A stretch of 63,632 bases of DNA, counting the filler, from Reclinomonas americana ATCC 50394 (taxonomy: Eukaryota): the NCBI GenBank assembly GCA_048213135.1. It is 9 parts of 5 records of this genome, joined end to end, with 100 filler letters (N's around TTAATTAATTAA, not from the genome) between each part and the next. Parts side by side here need not be neighbours in the genome. Positions count along the whole stretch, not along the records: positions 22,141 to 48,686 come from PS015633.1; 8 more parts are not named here. One strand, given 5' to 3'. Positions 29,501 to 41,699 of the stretch are shown here, piece after piece. The notes under the pieces were generated by a model that was not told where the DNA came from, did no database searches, and saw nothing but the letters and a program-made list of their open reading frames with translations. Position numbers and translations under genes: made by a program. Position 1 is the stretch's first letter; each line of letters begins with the position of its first letter.

Positions 29501-30573
29501 GCTGAGGTGAGCGCTTGCCTGCACACAGAGAGAGAGAGAGAGAAAACGAGGGAGTTTTTCTGACTTGTCACGCACGCAGTTCTGCTGAAGTGCGTCGCGT
29601 CAAGTTTGATCTCGCCGCGAGTGCCGGCGTCAGTGTGGTGGCTTCGGAGACTGCCACCAGCGCAGCGCAAGTTTCGTTGCCGAATTTGGTGGAGCAAATG
29701 CTATCTTCTCCGTTCTTCGCTCACTCTTCATCCTACGCCCCCACCAAACAGTCCATGAACGTGGTCCTGTGCGACGTTCAGTTCTTGGGCATGTGCGCCA
29801 CGGTGGACGAGGTGGTGCGGCCAGAGTCGCCTTCTGTGCACCTGCGTGTCGTGCACAATCGCTCTGGTCGGCGGTCAGCGTTGCGTCAGCGTCCCGGCAT
29901 GCGCGATCGCCGAGTGCTGCTGCAGGATCCCGCTGCTTCATCTCCCGCATCGGACGATGAATCCAGTGCGGCGACGGGTGGATCGCCTGGCTCACCGGTG
30001 GCGCGACGTGGCGAACCCGGCTCACCGTCGGCGTCGGACATGGCGTCGGGGCTGACCGGAAGGCCCGTGTCGCCCATGTCGGGGCGCGCACGACAAAAGT
30101 ACCTGCTGGATGCGACAGTGGTGCCACTGGAGCCGCCTGTGGGCGTCAAGTACTTTGGCAGGCGCCGACGGAACTGCTGCCGCTCGTACTACTCCTCGCT
30201 GCTGTGCTGGTGTTGTTGCTGCTGCTGCTCCAAGGGCACGCGCTGCAAGGATCGCCGCCTGCCCTACTGCCTCGTGTACATGACGTATGCGCTGTTGTGG
30301 TTGTTGGCCATTGGCGCGAGTGGATTCGCCCTGTGGCTGACCTACAATCTGCTGCAAGCGGGCGTCGGCATCAGCACTATGCTCAAGGCCATGGGCATCT
30401 CGGTCGCCGTTCACGCCTTTGTCATTGAGCCCCTCAAGGTGTGTTGGCTCGGCTTCCTCGACGCCGCCGGCCTGCACTGCTTCGCCGAGGACCACATGGA
30501 AAACACGGTGGAGCAATCGGCGCGCGTGTACACCAAGGCCGACAACGAGCGCTCCACGTTCTTCAAATACTAA
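20511..30573 (+). CDS. Polycystin-1-like receptor: REJ domain, GAIN/GPS, TM segments (many exons, gaps, 5' partial)
   Basis: REJ motifs AIVGGDG..DDPE and RGSLTVSPTDGISYDTQYTFSTGSFSDAHPPLTYSFYY. GPS CMFMN..YLTTGC..VMCACNHM|TDFAV. Post-TM DHSWVAV..TQRLTVLW. Terminal TM pair ..AFVIEPLKVCWL. Stop TAA at 30573. Confidence 0.8.
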
Positions 30574-30625
30574 TCGTTTTCTTCTATTTTCAATCAATCA
30601 ATCCTCCTCTCCTCTATCGCCTCCT

Positions 30626-32100
30626 CTAATGAACTGCACTTGTTAATGCTAATGCCGCTCGTGCAAGTGCACGTTCGTCGGCCAGTCGATCGTCGCGGAC
30701 GCTGTCCGCCACTCGGTCCAACACTGGCCACGCCATGCAGAGGGAATCGCTGCGCGCGACGTACGGTTGCAAATGGTGGACCAGCTGGCGGATCACTGCG
30801 AGGAAGGTCAGGAGAGAGCAGTCAGGTGATACGAGAAAGCGAATGAAAGCTGTCGCACATTCGTCGGTGGGCACTCCAGCGTCGCCGCGCAACACCACCA
30901 AGTCGGGCATTGTCGACAACACTTGTTCGCTGTGCTGTATGTGCGATCGCCAGATCTCGGGCCAGTAGTCCGGCGGACACCCCGTCGTCTCGACTCTGCA
31001 TCCCTCCCGCGAGTGAGTAACGTGGAAAGAAAACACTCGGGCATGACGACACAACCTTCGCTGTCGGCACACCTCCTCCGACGCGGTGATGTAGATGCGC
31101 GCTTGGCAGAGGTGTCGCACAACGGGCTCGTGAAACACCAGAAAGCCCTCAATCACCAACAGCAGAGGTGCAGGCCTGCTGCTGTCCTCCAGCACATCCA
31201 ACACATCCGACAGCAGCGCCGCGTTCGACAAGGTCGACGGTTCCTCCCAACTGCCTCCGCCGACCATCACTCGCTGCTCGCTAAAGTACACGTCCTGGCA
31301 GAACGACAAGGCCGCCACTGTCTCTCCATCATCGCCCGCACACAGCTCCTCTCCCTCGGCCAGCAGCGAGAAGTGCCGACAAAGCGCCTCAGTGACTGTG
31401 GACTTGCCTGCACGCGATGGTCCCGTGATTCCCATGATGAAGGGACGACGACGACGATGACGCCGCCGACGATGCAGAGGAAGGGGTGGCTTGTGCTGAT
31501 GGGGAGCATACATGCGCAGACGATGCGTGCACATGCGCAGGCGGCACTCCAAGTGATCCACACGCGCACTGAAGGTGCGGAAGAATCTGACATTCGCTGA
31601 TGAGTAGGGCACGCTCTCTTCCTCTCTCTCGTTCTCGCCAAACGGATCGCTTACCGCGCAAAGTCATCGAGCAGATCAGCATGCAACTCTCTCTGCGATG
31701 GAGGAGGAGGAGGAGGAGGAGCAGAGGATCGAGTGGCCGACGCTCGACAACCCATTTTACTAACCACTATGGGACAAAAGAAGTCTGCTGGCAAGCTGCA
31801 AGGTACAACTCGAGTACGCGGTTGCGTCGAGCCCACGGCCGCAGAATGCGCTCCACTGCTGCCACCACTGCGCTCAGCACAATAATGGTCAGCATGCCAA
31901 TGCGAAAGAAGGCAGGCGAGAGAGATATCGAAACTCTGTTGCGGCGTCGCCCGCTCGCCATCGATGCGCTGCAGGTCGCCATCGTGCGCCAACACCGCAT
32001 CGCGGTACCACTCAAACCCGCTCCAGATGCGTCGCCAGTACTCCTCCGTCAACACGCGACCTCGCCTTCGCGAAGCCCGCAGTTGTCTGCAATCGTCGCT
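30626..32100 (-). CDS. Nicotinamide-riboside/uridine-kinase-like P-loop protein with two tandem domains (5' part in gap)
   Basis: IMGITGPSRAGKST, FCQDVYF, WEEP, LLVIEGFLVF, SEEVCRQRR, DYWPEIW. The upstream exon holds the end of a second such domain (SDDCRQLRASR..EEYWRRIWSGF..LQRIDGE), joined by intron 31654-31569. Confidence 0.7.
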
Positions 32101-32430
32101 GTCAAGAAGAAGAAAGAGGAGGAGGAGGAGGAAGAGGAGAAGGAGGAGGAGGAGGAGAAGGAGGAGGAGGAGGAGGAGAAGAAGAAGAAGAAGAAGAAGA
32201 GAGAGAGAGAGAGAGAGAGACGAGAGANNNNNNNNNNNNNNNNNNNNNNNNNNNNNNNNNNNNNNNNNNNNNNNNNNNNNNNNNNNNNNNNNNNNNNNNN
32301 NNNNNNNNNNNNNNNNNNNNNNNNNNNNNNNNNNNNNNNNNNNNNNNNNNNNNNNNNNNNNNNNNNNNNNNNNNNNNNNNNNNNNNNNNNNNNNNNNNNN
32401 NNNNNNNNNNNNNNNNNNNNNNNNNNNNNN

Positions 32431-33985
32431 ATGTTTATGCCCCTGACTCGCTTCCGTACATGGCAGTTTTGCTCGTCTGGAGTCGCCGCTGGATCTCGGC
32501 GCCGCCTCATTACGCGTGCTCGTGTTGAATTCCACGCTGGTCGACTGGGCGCAGATTGAGATGCTGCGCGAGGGGATGCCCAACTTGGAGGAGGTGCATC
32601 TGTGCTTCAACGAAATCAGCAGCATTCCGGGTGGTGAGTTGTGCTCGGTGAAGGTTGATTTATTGGGATCTCCATCCCTCGCTGCCTGTCTCCTCTCCCT
32701 TCCTCCCCTTCCCTCCCTCACCCCATTCCCCCCTCTTCCCCCTCAGACGGCCACGTGGGCGACTTCCCCAACCTGCGCGTCATCAACCTGGAAGAAAACT
32801 TCCTCTCCGACTGGCGCGACGTCCTCAAGTTCTCTCGCCTTCCACGGTCAGTTCGCTTCTTCATTCCATCTCTCTCTAGGCATCATTCCGTTTGCTGACT
32901 CTTTGTTTATCACTCTCTCTCTCTCTCTCAGCCTGGAGCGCCTGATCCTCAACAGCAACGATCTGAGCCACATCTCCTTCGAGGGCGTCGCGGAGCCGTT
33001 CCCCGCGCTGCAGGCACTGCACCTGTCCGACAATGCGATTCGCGAATGGTCGAGCGTGGACGCGCTGCATCACATGCCGCTGCTGGAGGAGCTCCGCTTC
33101 CAGCGCAACCCTGTGCTGTGCGATTTCAGCAGCAGTGCATCGCGACAGCTGGTGATCTCCCGCCTCGGCCACCTGCACATGCTGAATGGCAGCACGGTGC
33201 GCGACAAGGAGCGGGTGGATGCGGAAAAGTTCTACTTGAAGCGCTACTGCTTGCCGGACCAGCAGGCGAGTAGCGCAGCGTCTCCACTCTCCCCCGTGCT
33301 CCATTCGCAGCAACTCACCTCTCTCTCTTTCTCTGTCGCATCACAGCGTCTGTCAGAGGCCGAGTTCCACGTCGCACATCCGCGTTTCGCCGAGCTCGCG
33401 GAAAAGCACCCCGACGTGCTGGCGCAGGCGTTGGCGGAGAGCCAGCAGGCGGCGAGCGGCAGCACAGAGCTTGTTGGTGCGTCCCTTCTCTCTCTCTCCC
33501 TCTCGCTGTCTCCCTTCCTTTTTTTAAATGCACTCTTGTGTTGAACAGAGGTCACACTGCGCACGATGAGTGCCGCGAGCGCCACCAAGCCGGAGCAAAA
33601 GAAGCGACTGCCGCTGACCATGACCGTGCAAAAGCTGAAGGCACTGACGCAGGCGCTTTTCAAGCTGGAGCCGGCGCTGCAGCGACTGTGGCATTTGGAG
33701 GACGCCAGTGTGCCGTTCCCCGAGGAGCTCGACGACGACATGCGCGACCTCTCCTTTTACGGCGTGAAGAACGGCTCCACCATCAATATGGAGGAGCGTG
33801 ACCTGGAGGAGGAGGCACGACTGGCGCACCGTGCGGCACAGGAGCGTGCGGCGGTGGCTCGGCGACAGCTGCAGGAGGGCGACGCGCGCGCCATGCATCG
33901 GCGAGCAGCGCACGAAGAGGAGGTCAGACGACTGGGAGCCGGTGACGGTGCTGGTGGCAGTGGTAGTGGTGGTGGTGACCAGTAG
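32431..33985 (+). CDS. TBCE: Tubulin-folding cofactor E (LRR plus ubiquitin-like domain), N-terminus in gap
   Basis: LRRs LVLNST..MPNLEEVHLCFNEI, FPALQALHLSDNAIREW, RQLVISRLGHLHMLNGSTVRDKERVDAEKFYLK, and UBL KKRLPLTMTVQKLKAL..ELDDDMRDLSFYGVKNGSTI. Confidence 0.88.
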
Positions 33986-34503
33986 TTTGGCGACAAGCCA
34001 CTTTTGCTGCATGCTCCTCCTTGCACCCACCGACGAATACCAATATAATGACGATGATATAGCGACAGGGCATTGATTGTTTCAGGGAGCTGCACGTGAA
34101 CCTGGAACGCATGGGCCGGACGACTGGAAGCTGATGCCGATGCTGGTGACAGTGGTTGCGGCCTCCCACCCCGCTGAATGAAAACATTGTGGCGATGGGA
34201 GCTGCAAGTGGGCGACGCACGCGCTATGCATCGACGAGCAGGTTACGATTCTGACAGTAACCTGCAGCACTATTCCTTCCCCGCATTAGAATACCAATAC
34301 AAATACGATGATATCTCTCTGGTTGTTTCAGGGAAGGCGACACGCGCGCCATGCATATGAGCAGATGACGCAGTAGCATACCACACTCCGCGCTTTTCCT
34401 TGATTCTCCTCCTCCTTGCACCCACCTACGAATTCAAACATTGTGGCAATGACGTAGTAACGCATTGATTGAATTCATTGTTGGCATAGTGATGGCGTAG
34501 GGA

Positions 34504-37500
34504 TTACTCGTCCGAGTCGCTGGTGACGCACATAGTCAGCGAATGCGAGCATGCTATACGCCTGTGCAAGACACACCTGTTTCCCCCATCGTCATCATCG
34601 TCATCGTCGAGATCAACGGACGACGCGCGGCTGAGGTCACTCATGGAGGCGCTGCTGGCCGACGACTCGGCACTCACGCGCGCAGATCGTCGAGTCGTTC
34701 GCTTCCTGTGTTGTGTGTGAAGAAAGGTGAGTCGGGTGCAACCTTCCCGATGGAAGACACAACAACGCAACGCTGCTGCGGGAGGGGGGGCAGCGGCTGT
34801 GCCACTGAGACGTGCACTCTGCCGTGTGGTTCGGCGAGTGACGCGTTTCGGAGGCTCTGCCTCCTCTTCCGCCTCCTCCTCCTTGTCGGCCTCTGGCGGC
34901 TGCTCGCTGGCCGCCTTGGAGCCGCGCTTGGCCCGCTTGCTAGCAGCGAGAGCACGCTTGCCGCTCTTGCCGCGCTTACCGCGTTTGCCCGCAGCCGCGG
35001 GCACTTCTGCGCAATCCAGCTGAAGGTCAGCTTACGTCAGCAGTCAGTGAGCGGCATCCATCTCACCTGCTGCTGCTTGCACCGGCTCCTGCGCGAGGAT
35101 GCTGCGACGCTCGGCGATAAACTGTTCCATGACTGTCTCAATGTCAGCGCGCAACGCGGCATCCACGGCGGCTCCCGACTCCGACAGCATCTCTGCGGCA
35201 GAAGAAGAGTCAGATTTCGGAGCTTGCACACCAGTGACGCGAATTCAACACACCAGTGCACGTGTCGGCAAATTTGCGAACGCTCTTGATTGCCACCGAG
35301 TCGGCGACCGTCGAGCCGAGGTGCTCGCTGAGAACAGTGAGCTTTTGCAGCGTGGTGACTTCACCCGACGGCTGCAGGGAGGTCAGCAGCTTGCNNNNNN
35401 NNNNNNNNNNNNNNNNNNNNNNNNNNNNNNNNNNNNNNNNNNNNNNNNNNNNNNNNNNNNNNNNNNNNNNNNNNNNNNNNNNNNNNNNNNNNNNNNNNNN
35501 NNNNNNNNNNNNNNNNNNNNNNNNNNNNNNNNNNNNNNNNNNNNNNNNNNNNNNNNNNNNNNNNNNNNNNNNNNNNNNNNNNNNNNNNNNNNNNNNNNNN
35601 NNNNNNNNNNNNNNNNNNNNNNNNNNNNNNNNNNNNNNNNNNNNNNNNNNNNNNNNNNNNNNNNNNNNNNNNNNNNNNNNNNNNNNNNNNNNNNNNNNNN
35701 NNNNNNNNNNNNNNNNNNNNNNNNNNNNNNNNNNNNNNNNNNNNNNNNNNNNNNNNNNNNNNNNNNNNNNNNNNNNNNNNNNNNNNNNNNNNNNNNNNNN
35801 NNNNNNNNNNNNNNNNNNNNNNNNNNNNNNNNNNNNNNNNNNNNNNNNNNNNNNNNNNNNNNNNNNNNNNNNNNNNNNNNNNNNNNNNNNNNNNNNNNNN
35901 NNNNNNNNNNNNNNNNNNNNNNNNNNNNNNNNNNNNNNNNNNNNNNNNNNNNNNNNNNNNNNNNNNNNNNNNNNNNNNNNNNNNNNNNNNNNNNNNNNNN
36001 NNNNNNNNNNNNNNNNNNNNNNNNNNNNNNNNNNNNNNNNNNNNNNNNNNNNNNNNNNNNNNNNNNNNNNNNNNNNNNNNNNNNNNNNNNNNNNNNNNNN
36101 NNNNNNNNNNNNNNNNNNNNNNNNNNNNNNNNNNNNNNNNNNNNNNNNNNNNNNNNNNNNNNNNNNNNNNNNNNNNNNNNNNNNNNNNNNNNNNNNNNNN
36201 NNNNNNNNNNNNNNNNAGTAGGCCTTGGTTTCAGTCGCTGAAATGTCGGTGAGAGGAGATGAGTTGTTGATTGACGGGCGTCATGCATGAAAAAGCTCGT
36301 ACTCACCGAGCGGGTCGACCAGAATTTCGTGGCACAAGTTGACACACAGTTGATCGTGCAGCGTCGGCGCTGTCAGTGTCTCCGCCTGCGATGCCTTCTC
36401 CTTCTTGCGTGAACCTCCCGCTGTCGAGGTTGATTCCCTGCATCGACAAGAGATGAGGGAGAGAGGATGCACATAAAGCACTGAAATGACCACGCACTTG
36501 ATGACCAGGTTGCTGCGATCGGTGAGGTGGATAAGGAACTGGCCGAGATGCACGACATTGATCTTGCACAGCTGAGATCCGCGCGGCGCTCCCGTGCAGT
36601 CGCGCAGGGTGCCAATGGCTGCGTTGAAGATCTGCGTACGGATTAGCTCCTCGGCACACGCACATTTTCCATCGCTCTTCCCTTTGAGCTCACCTGCTGC
36701 TGTCGTGCCTCCGAGCTGAACGCGTACGCCGGGAAGAACACACTGAGGCACTGGCGCAGCTTCGGTACCGACTCGGTGGCTGGGCTAAAGTACAATAGCA
36801 ACATGGTGGACAGAATCTGCGCACGAAAAAAAGTCAGTGAAAAGAGCAAGCAGCTAATCACAGTCCTTTTCTCTCTCACTATCACTCTTTCTCAACCACT
36901 GTCTTCCTGCCTTCACAGCAGTGTCTCTAGCAACAGCCAGTCTTCCATCAGTCTCTCTCTCTCTCTCACATGCTTTCTTCCTGCATTCATAGCAGTTCTC
37001 TAGCTACAGCCAGTCATTTTCTCAGACTCTCAGTCCCTCTCTTTCTTTCTCCCACTCTTTCTCCACCATTTGTCTTCCTGCCTTTGTAGCAGTGTCTCTA
37101 GCAACATCCAGTCTGTCATCAGACTCTCTCTCTCTCTCTCATTCTTTCTCCACCGTTGTCCTCCTGCCTTCATTGTGTCTCTAGCTACAGTCAGTCTTCC
37201 ATAAGTCCCTCTCTCCACCATTGTCATCTTGCCTTCACAGCAGTGTCTCTAGCTACAATCAGTCTGTCATCAAACTCTCTCTCACACACTCTTTCTTCAC
37301 CATTGTCTTCCTGCTTTCACAGCAGTGTCTCTAGCAACAGCCAGTCTGTCATCAGACTCTCTCTCTCTCTCTCACACACACAAACACACAGTCTTTCTTC
37401 CTGCCTTCACAGCAGTGTCTCTAGCTGCAGCCAGCCTTCCATGAGTCCCTCTCTCTCACACACAAACATACAGTCTTTCTTCCTGCCTTTATGACAGTGT

Positions 37501-40500
37501 CTCTAGCTACAGCCAGCCTTCCATGAGTCCCTCTCTCTCTCTTTCACCACCACTGTCTTTCTGCCTTCATAACAGCGTCTCTGGCTACAGTCAGTCCTTC
37601 ATCAATCCCTCTCCTTTTCTCTCTCTCCCCTCTCTCTACCCTCCCTCCCACACACAAACCATGGGATCGGTCACACGACCGAGAAGGAACAACTTGCTGA
37701 ATCCCTCGACGGCCACCGTCAGCAACTCGGCGGCCACCGCATCATCGGGGTCGAGCGTGAGGCAGCTGAGCAGCACGCGCAGCAGCTCGCAGTGATCGGG
37801 TCCCAGCGGCTGACCGGCGGCTTCGGCAGCGGCAATCTCCGTCGCATCCACAAACGGTCGAATGCCAAACAGCGCAATCATGTCGAACACGGCCTTGACG
37901 GCCGGTGTCTGCACTTGCGCCAGGTCGTTGATGATGATTTGGCCGAGGAGGGGAATTTGTGCCACGGCTGTGCCCTGTTGTCGCAAACAAACAGTTACCA
38001 CCGAGACTCTTCAACGAAAGGAGCAGGCCGGGAGCGTACCTCATTGAGCAAGCAGTACAAGCCAAGGCAGCGCACTGCCTCCTGTCGAATATCGGGCTGT
38101 TCCTGCTTCAGCGCCGGGAAAATGACAGTCTCCAGCCAGCCAGAGAAAGCACCGTTCGCGGCGTCCTGCGCAAAAAGAGAGTCAGCAAGTGAATCAACTC
38201 AATGTGTGAGAAAGAGAGTTCACCAACCTTGGTGGTGTTCTGCAGCACGTGACCAACAATGTAGAGTGCGCGGCGCCACATCAGGCGGTCAAAGTTCTCC
38301 AGGCGCACAATGTTGACCTTGACCTCCTCCATCTCCTCCGCCAGCGTGTCGAGTTGCTGCGAAAATGTGAGTGTGGTGAGCGTCAAGAGTGAGAAACAAG
38401 AGGCAATCACAAGGAAAGCCCCACCTGCTTCACTTCCTGCGTCTCGGCAAAGCGCTCCTCCTGCACCAGCATGCTCTTCTCGGCCTCGAGACGCTCATAC
38501 TCGGCCTGCATCTCGCGCAGCTTGTTCTGCTCCTCCTCGAGTTGCTCCTTTCGCTCCGCATCGGCTTCCTCGTCGCCCTCCTCCTCCTCCTCGCCGGCAG
38601 CGCCCCCGGCTTTCGCCACACGCGCACGGCGCGCCTCCTCGATCTGGTCGCAGATTTCGGAGATCGACATGGTGATGAAACTCAGAAAATCGTTGCGGCT
38701 GCTGTGCATCGCCGGCAACACGTCCAATACAATCGACAGGTCCGAGTCTTCCAACACCGGCTCCGTCAGCAACTCGTCTGTGATCGAGTGTGTGAGGGAA
38801 GGGAAGAATTTGGAAAAAAAGGTGTTAAAGGACACGCAACGATACAACTTGGTCAGCTGTCGGCGGCCGGCCTCGTCGGCAAAGTCGAGGAAGCGACTGA
38901 TGCCCAACAGCTGCCGGAACACAAAGTCGTCCTCTTGATTCTCCACCATTACATCGCAGAAACCAGTGACCTCCGGCAGCAGTGCATCCAGCTGCGTCCA
39001 CAGCTTGTTGGCGTGGCAGTACACGCAACACATGCGCCAGAAGAAGGCCGTCTCCGACGTCAGTTGCTTATCGACCGACGGCTGCACGAGCAGTTTGTCG
39101 CGCGCGGCGTAGTTCTCCAGCAGTGCACCGGCAATGCTCTCGCACACAGTCTCGTTTTCCTCAACGTCAAAGAGCGCCCAGAACTGCACAACAATTGTTG
39201 GGCACACACAGAGAGGGAAAGACAAGTATGGTTGTCAACGCCAGACGTACCTTGGTGGGCGAGGCCTTGCAAAAGTTGGCAAACCACGACTCGCAAATGA
39301 GCTTGGCACACGAGGTGCGCACGGCCGCCGAGCGATCCTTCACGCCGTCGCTGATCAGCGACACACGTTGCTCGGTCGTCCACTTGAAGTCCTTGGTGGA
39401 GCGCGGGGCGTGGCTGCCGAGCACGGTGAAAACATGCGCCCGCACCTCCTCACGCATGTCACGACGGCGATTGAAAATGTACGGCGCCGTGTACCCCGAG
39501 AAGGAGAGCGACTCGAGCACCACGCGCCGCACCTCGGTCGAATTGTCGGTCTGCAGCAGGCGCACGAACTCCTGCGTGACGGGGCAGGAGGCGGCGTCGT
39601 CGGGCATCTGCAAGCGCGCCAGGGCGTACACGGCCTGCATGCGCACAGTGGCGGTCTTGTCGTGCAGGCGACGCAGCAGCGTCGACTGAATGTTGTCCAC
39701 GAGCGCCTCGCTGCGACGACGGCGAAGTGAGGAGGAGGATGAGACAAGAGGAGGCGGATCGAGAAAGCATACCTCATCTCGGCATCCTCACCCAGTGCCT
39801 CCAGCACGGCGGCCACCAGCTGGCACACGCGCAAACGCACCGTCTTGTCGCGAGCCGATGCCGCGTCTAGCACGTGCTGCAGGAGAGCGGCGGCCAGTCC
39901 GTCATCCTCGCCGCTGCCGTCGCGCCAGTCGATTTGCGGCACCGCGCTAGCGATGAAGGCGATCAGGCGGTCGCTGCTCAGCGAGCCCACAGTGTCGGCG
40001 GGGGCGGCCAGGAAGCGGTCGCAGCAGTCGAAGAACTGCGAGGGGGAAGATGGGGAAGGGGTGAGATTAAGGGACCAGGGGGAAGGAGGGCAGGGGGCGA
40101 GGGGGATCGAGGAATAGGGGGATGAGGGGACGGCGGCGAGTTCTGCAAGTGTGGGTGCTACTTTTCCTGCGCTCATTGTCGCACTGCTCCATTCAACTCA
40201 CAGCTCACTCACTCACAGTCAAGCTCATTTGTCACAGTAGCTCTTGCGCTCTCCCACTTCCCGGCTGTCTGTCTGTTTGTCTGTGCTCCTTCACTTTCAC
40301 TTCAGCGTTCTTCCTCTCTCTCCTTCGCAGACTCTCACTCCTATGCAATCGCACGACACTGTTCCTTCTTACCTCTCTCTTTCTCTTGTTCCCAATGTGT
40401 TTGTTTGTCTGTCTGTGTCAGCCTCCCTCTCACTTCAGTACTCTTCCTCACACTCTCCCTCGCAGACTCTCGTTTCTTTGCTTCTCTTTTCCCTCTTGCC

Positions 40501-41247
40501 TCTGTCTCTCAGTCAACTCATTCACGCACACCCTCTCTTCCTCAGTCTCCTCTGCAGTCGCCCTTCCATCCTCGCGCTTCAGTCGTGCGCCCTCTCACTC
40601 TCACTGACTCTCACTGCTTCGCTGACAATCTCTCTCGTCCTCTCTCTCTCTNNNNNNNNNNNNNNNNNNNNNNNNNNNNNNNNNNNNNNNNNNNNNNNNN
40701 NNNNNNNNNNNNNNNNNNNNNNNNNNNNNNNNNNNNNNNNNNNNNNNNNNNNNNNNNNNNNNNNNNNNNNNNNNNNNNNNNNNNNNNNNNNNNNNNNNNN
40801 NNNNNNNNNNNNNNNNNNNNNNNNNNNNNNNNNNNNNNNNNNNNNNNNNNNNNNNNNNNNNNNNNNNNNNNNNNNNNNNNNNNNNNNNNNNNNNNNNNNN
40901 NNNNNNNNNNNNNNNNNNNNNNNNNNNNNNNNNNNNNNNNNNNNNNNNNNNNNNNNNNNNNNNNNNNNNNNNNNNNNNNNNNNNNNNNNNNNNNNNNNNN
41001 NNNNNNNNNNNNNNNNNNNNNNNNNNNNNNNNNNNNNNNNNNNNNNNNNNNNNNNNNNNNNNNNNNNNNNNNNNNNNNNNNNNNNNNNNNNNNNNNNNNN
41101 NNNNNNNNNNNNNNNNNNNNNNNNNNNNNNNNNNNNNNNNNNNNNNNNNNNNNNNNNNNNNNNNNNNNNNNNNNNNNNNNNNNNNNNNNNNNNNNNNNNN
41201 NNNNNNNNNNNNNNNNNNNNNNNNNNNNNNNNNNNNNNNNNNNNNNN

Positions 41248-41293
<46 letters not shown>

Positions 41294-41480
41294 CCTCCCT
41301 TCCCCCACCCCCTCTCCCCTTCGCCCTTCCCTCATCATCACACACCTCCCTCCCAAACGCCTCACGATTGGCCTTGCTCGACTTGGCCAACCGCTGCAGC
41401 GCCTCCACACACGCCGGTTGTGCAGCGGCACTCTTCTGACTCTGCGTGAACGCCTCCAGCACACTGCGAATGGCCGGCAT
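34504..41480 (-). CDS. NCAPG: Condensin complex subunit CAP-G (HEAT repeats)
   Basis: ARDKTVRLRVCQLV, RLHDKTATVRMQAVYALARLQ, TDNSTEVRRVVL, RRRDMREEVR, LDFADEAGRRQL, AVEGFSKLFLLG, LRQCLSVFFPAYA, and a basic/acidic tail. Confidence 0.92.
36890..37610. repeat. Degenerate tandem repeat inside an NCAPG intron
   Basis: About 9 copies of tcttcctgccttcacagcagtgtctctagc[ta]acagccagtc separated by CT/CA runs. Confidence 0.8.
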
Positions 41481-41535
41481 TTTCTCTCTCGCTTGCTCAC
41501 GTTCTCTCGCACGAAACGTCAATCCAACGGTCCAA

Positions 41536-41550
41536 TTTTGCGCGCGAAAA
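41536..41550. promoter_or_regulatory. E2F-like site upstream of NCAPG
   Basis: TTTTGCGCGCGAAAA (TTTCGCGC on the minus strand) about 55 nt upstream of the NCAPG ATG. Condensin genes are E2F targets in animals. Confidence 0.4.
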
Positions 41551-41699
41551 AAGTCAAAGTCTTTCTTTTTCTCTTTATATTACAACACGATTACAAGCAC
41601 GAGGGCGATCAGGAATAATAGGCCTGGGGAGGTGCGAGGGCGGGCATAAAAAAATGAGAGGCAGAGAGTACACGAGTGAGTTTTTCCGATCGCTTCAAG

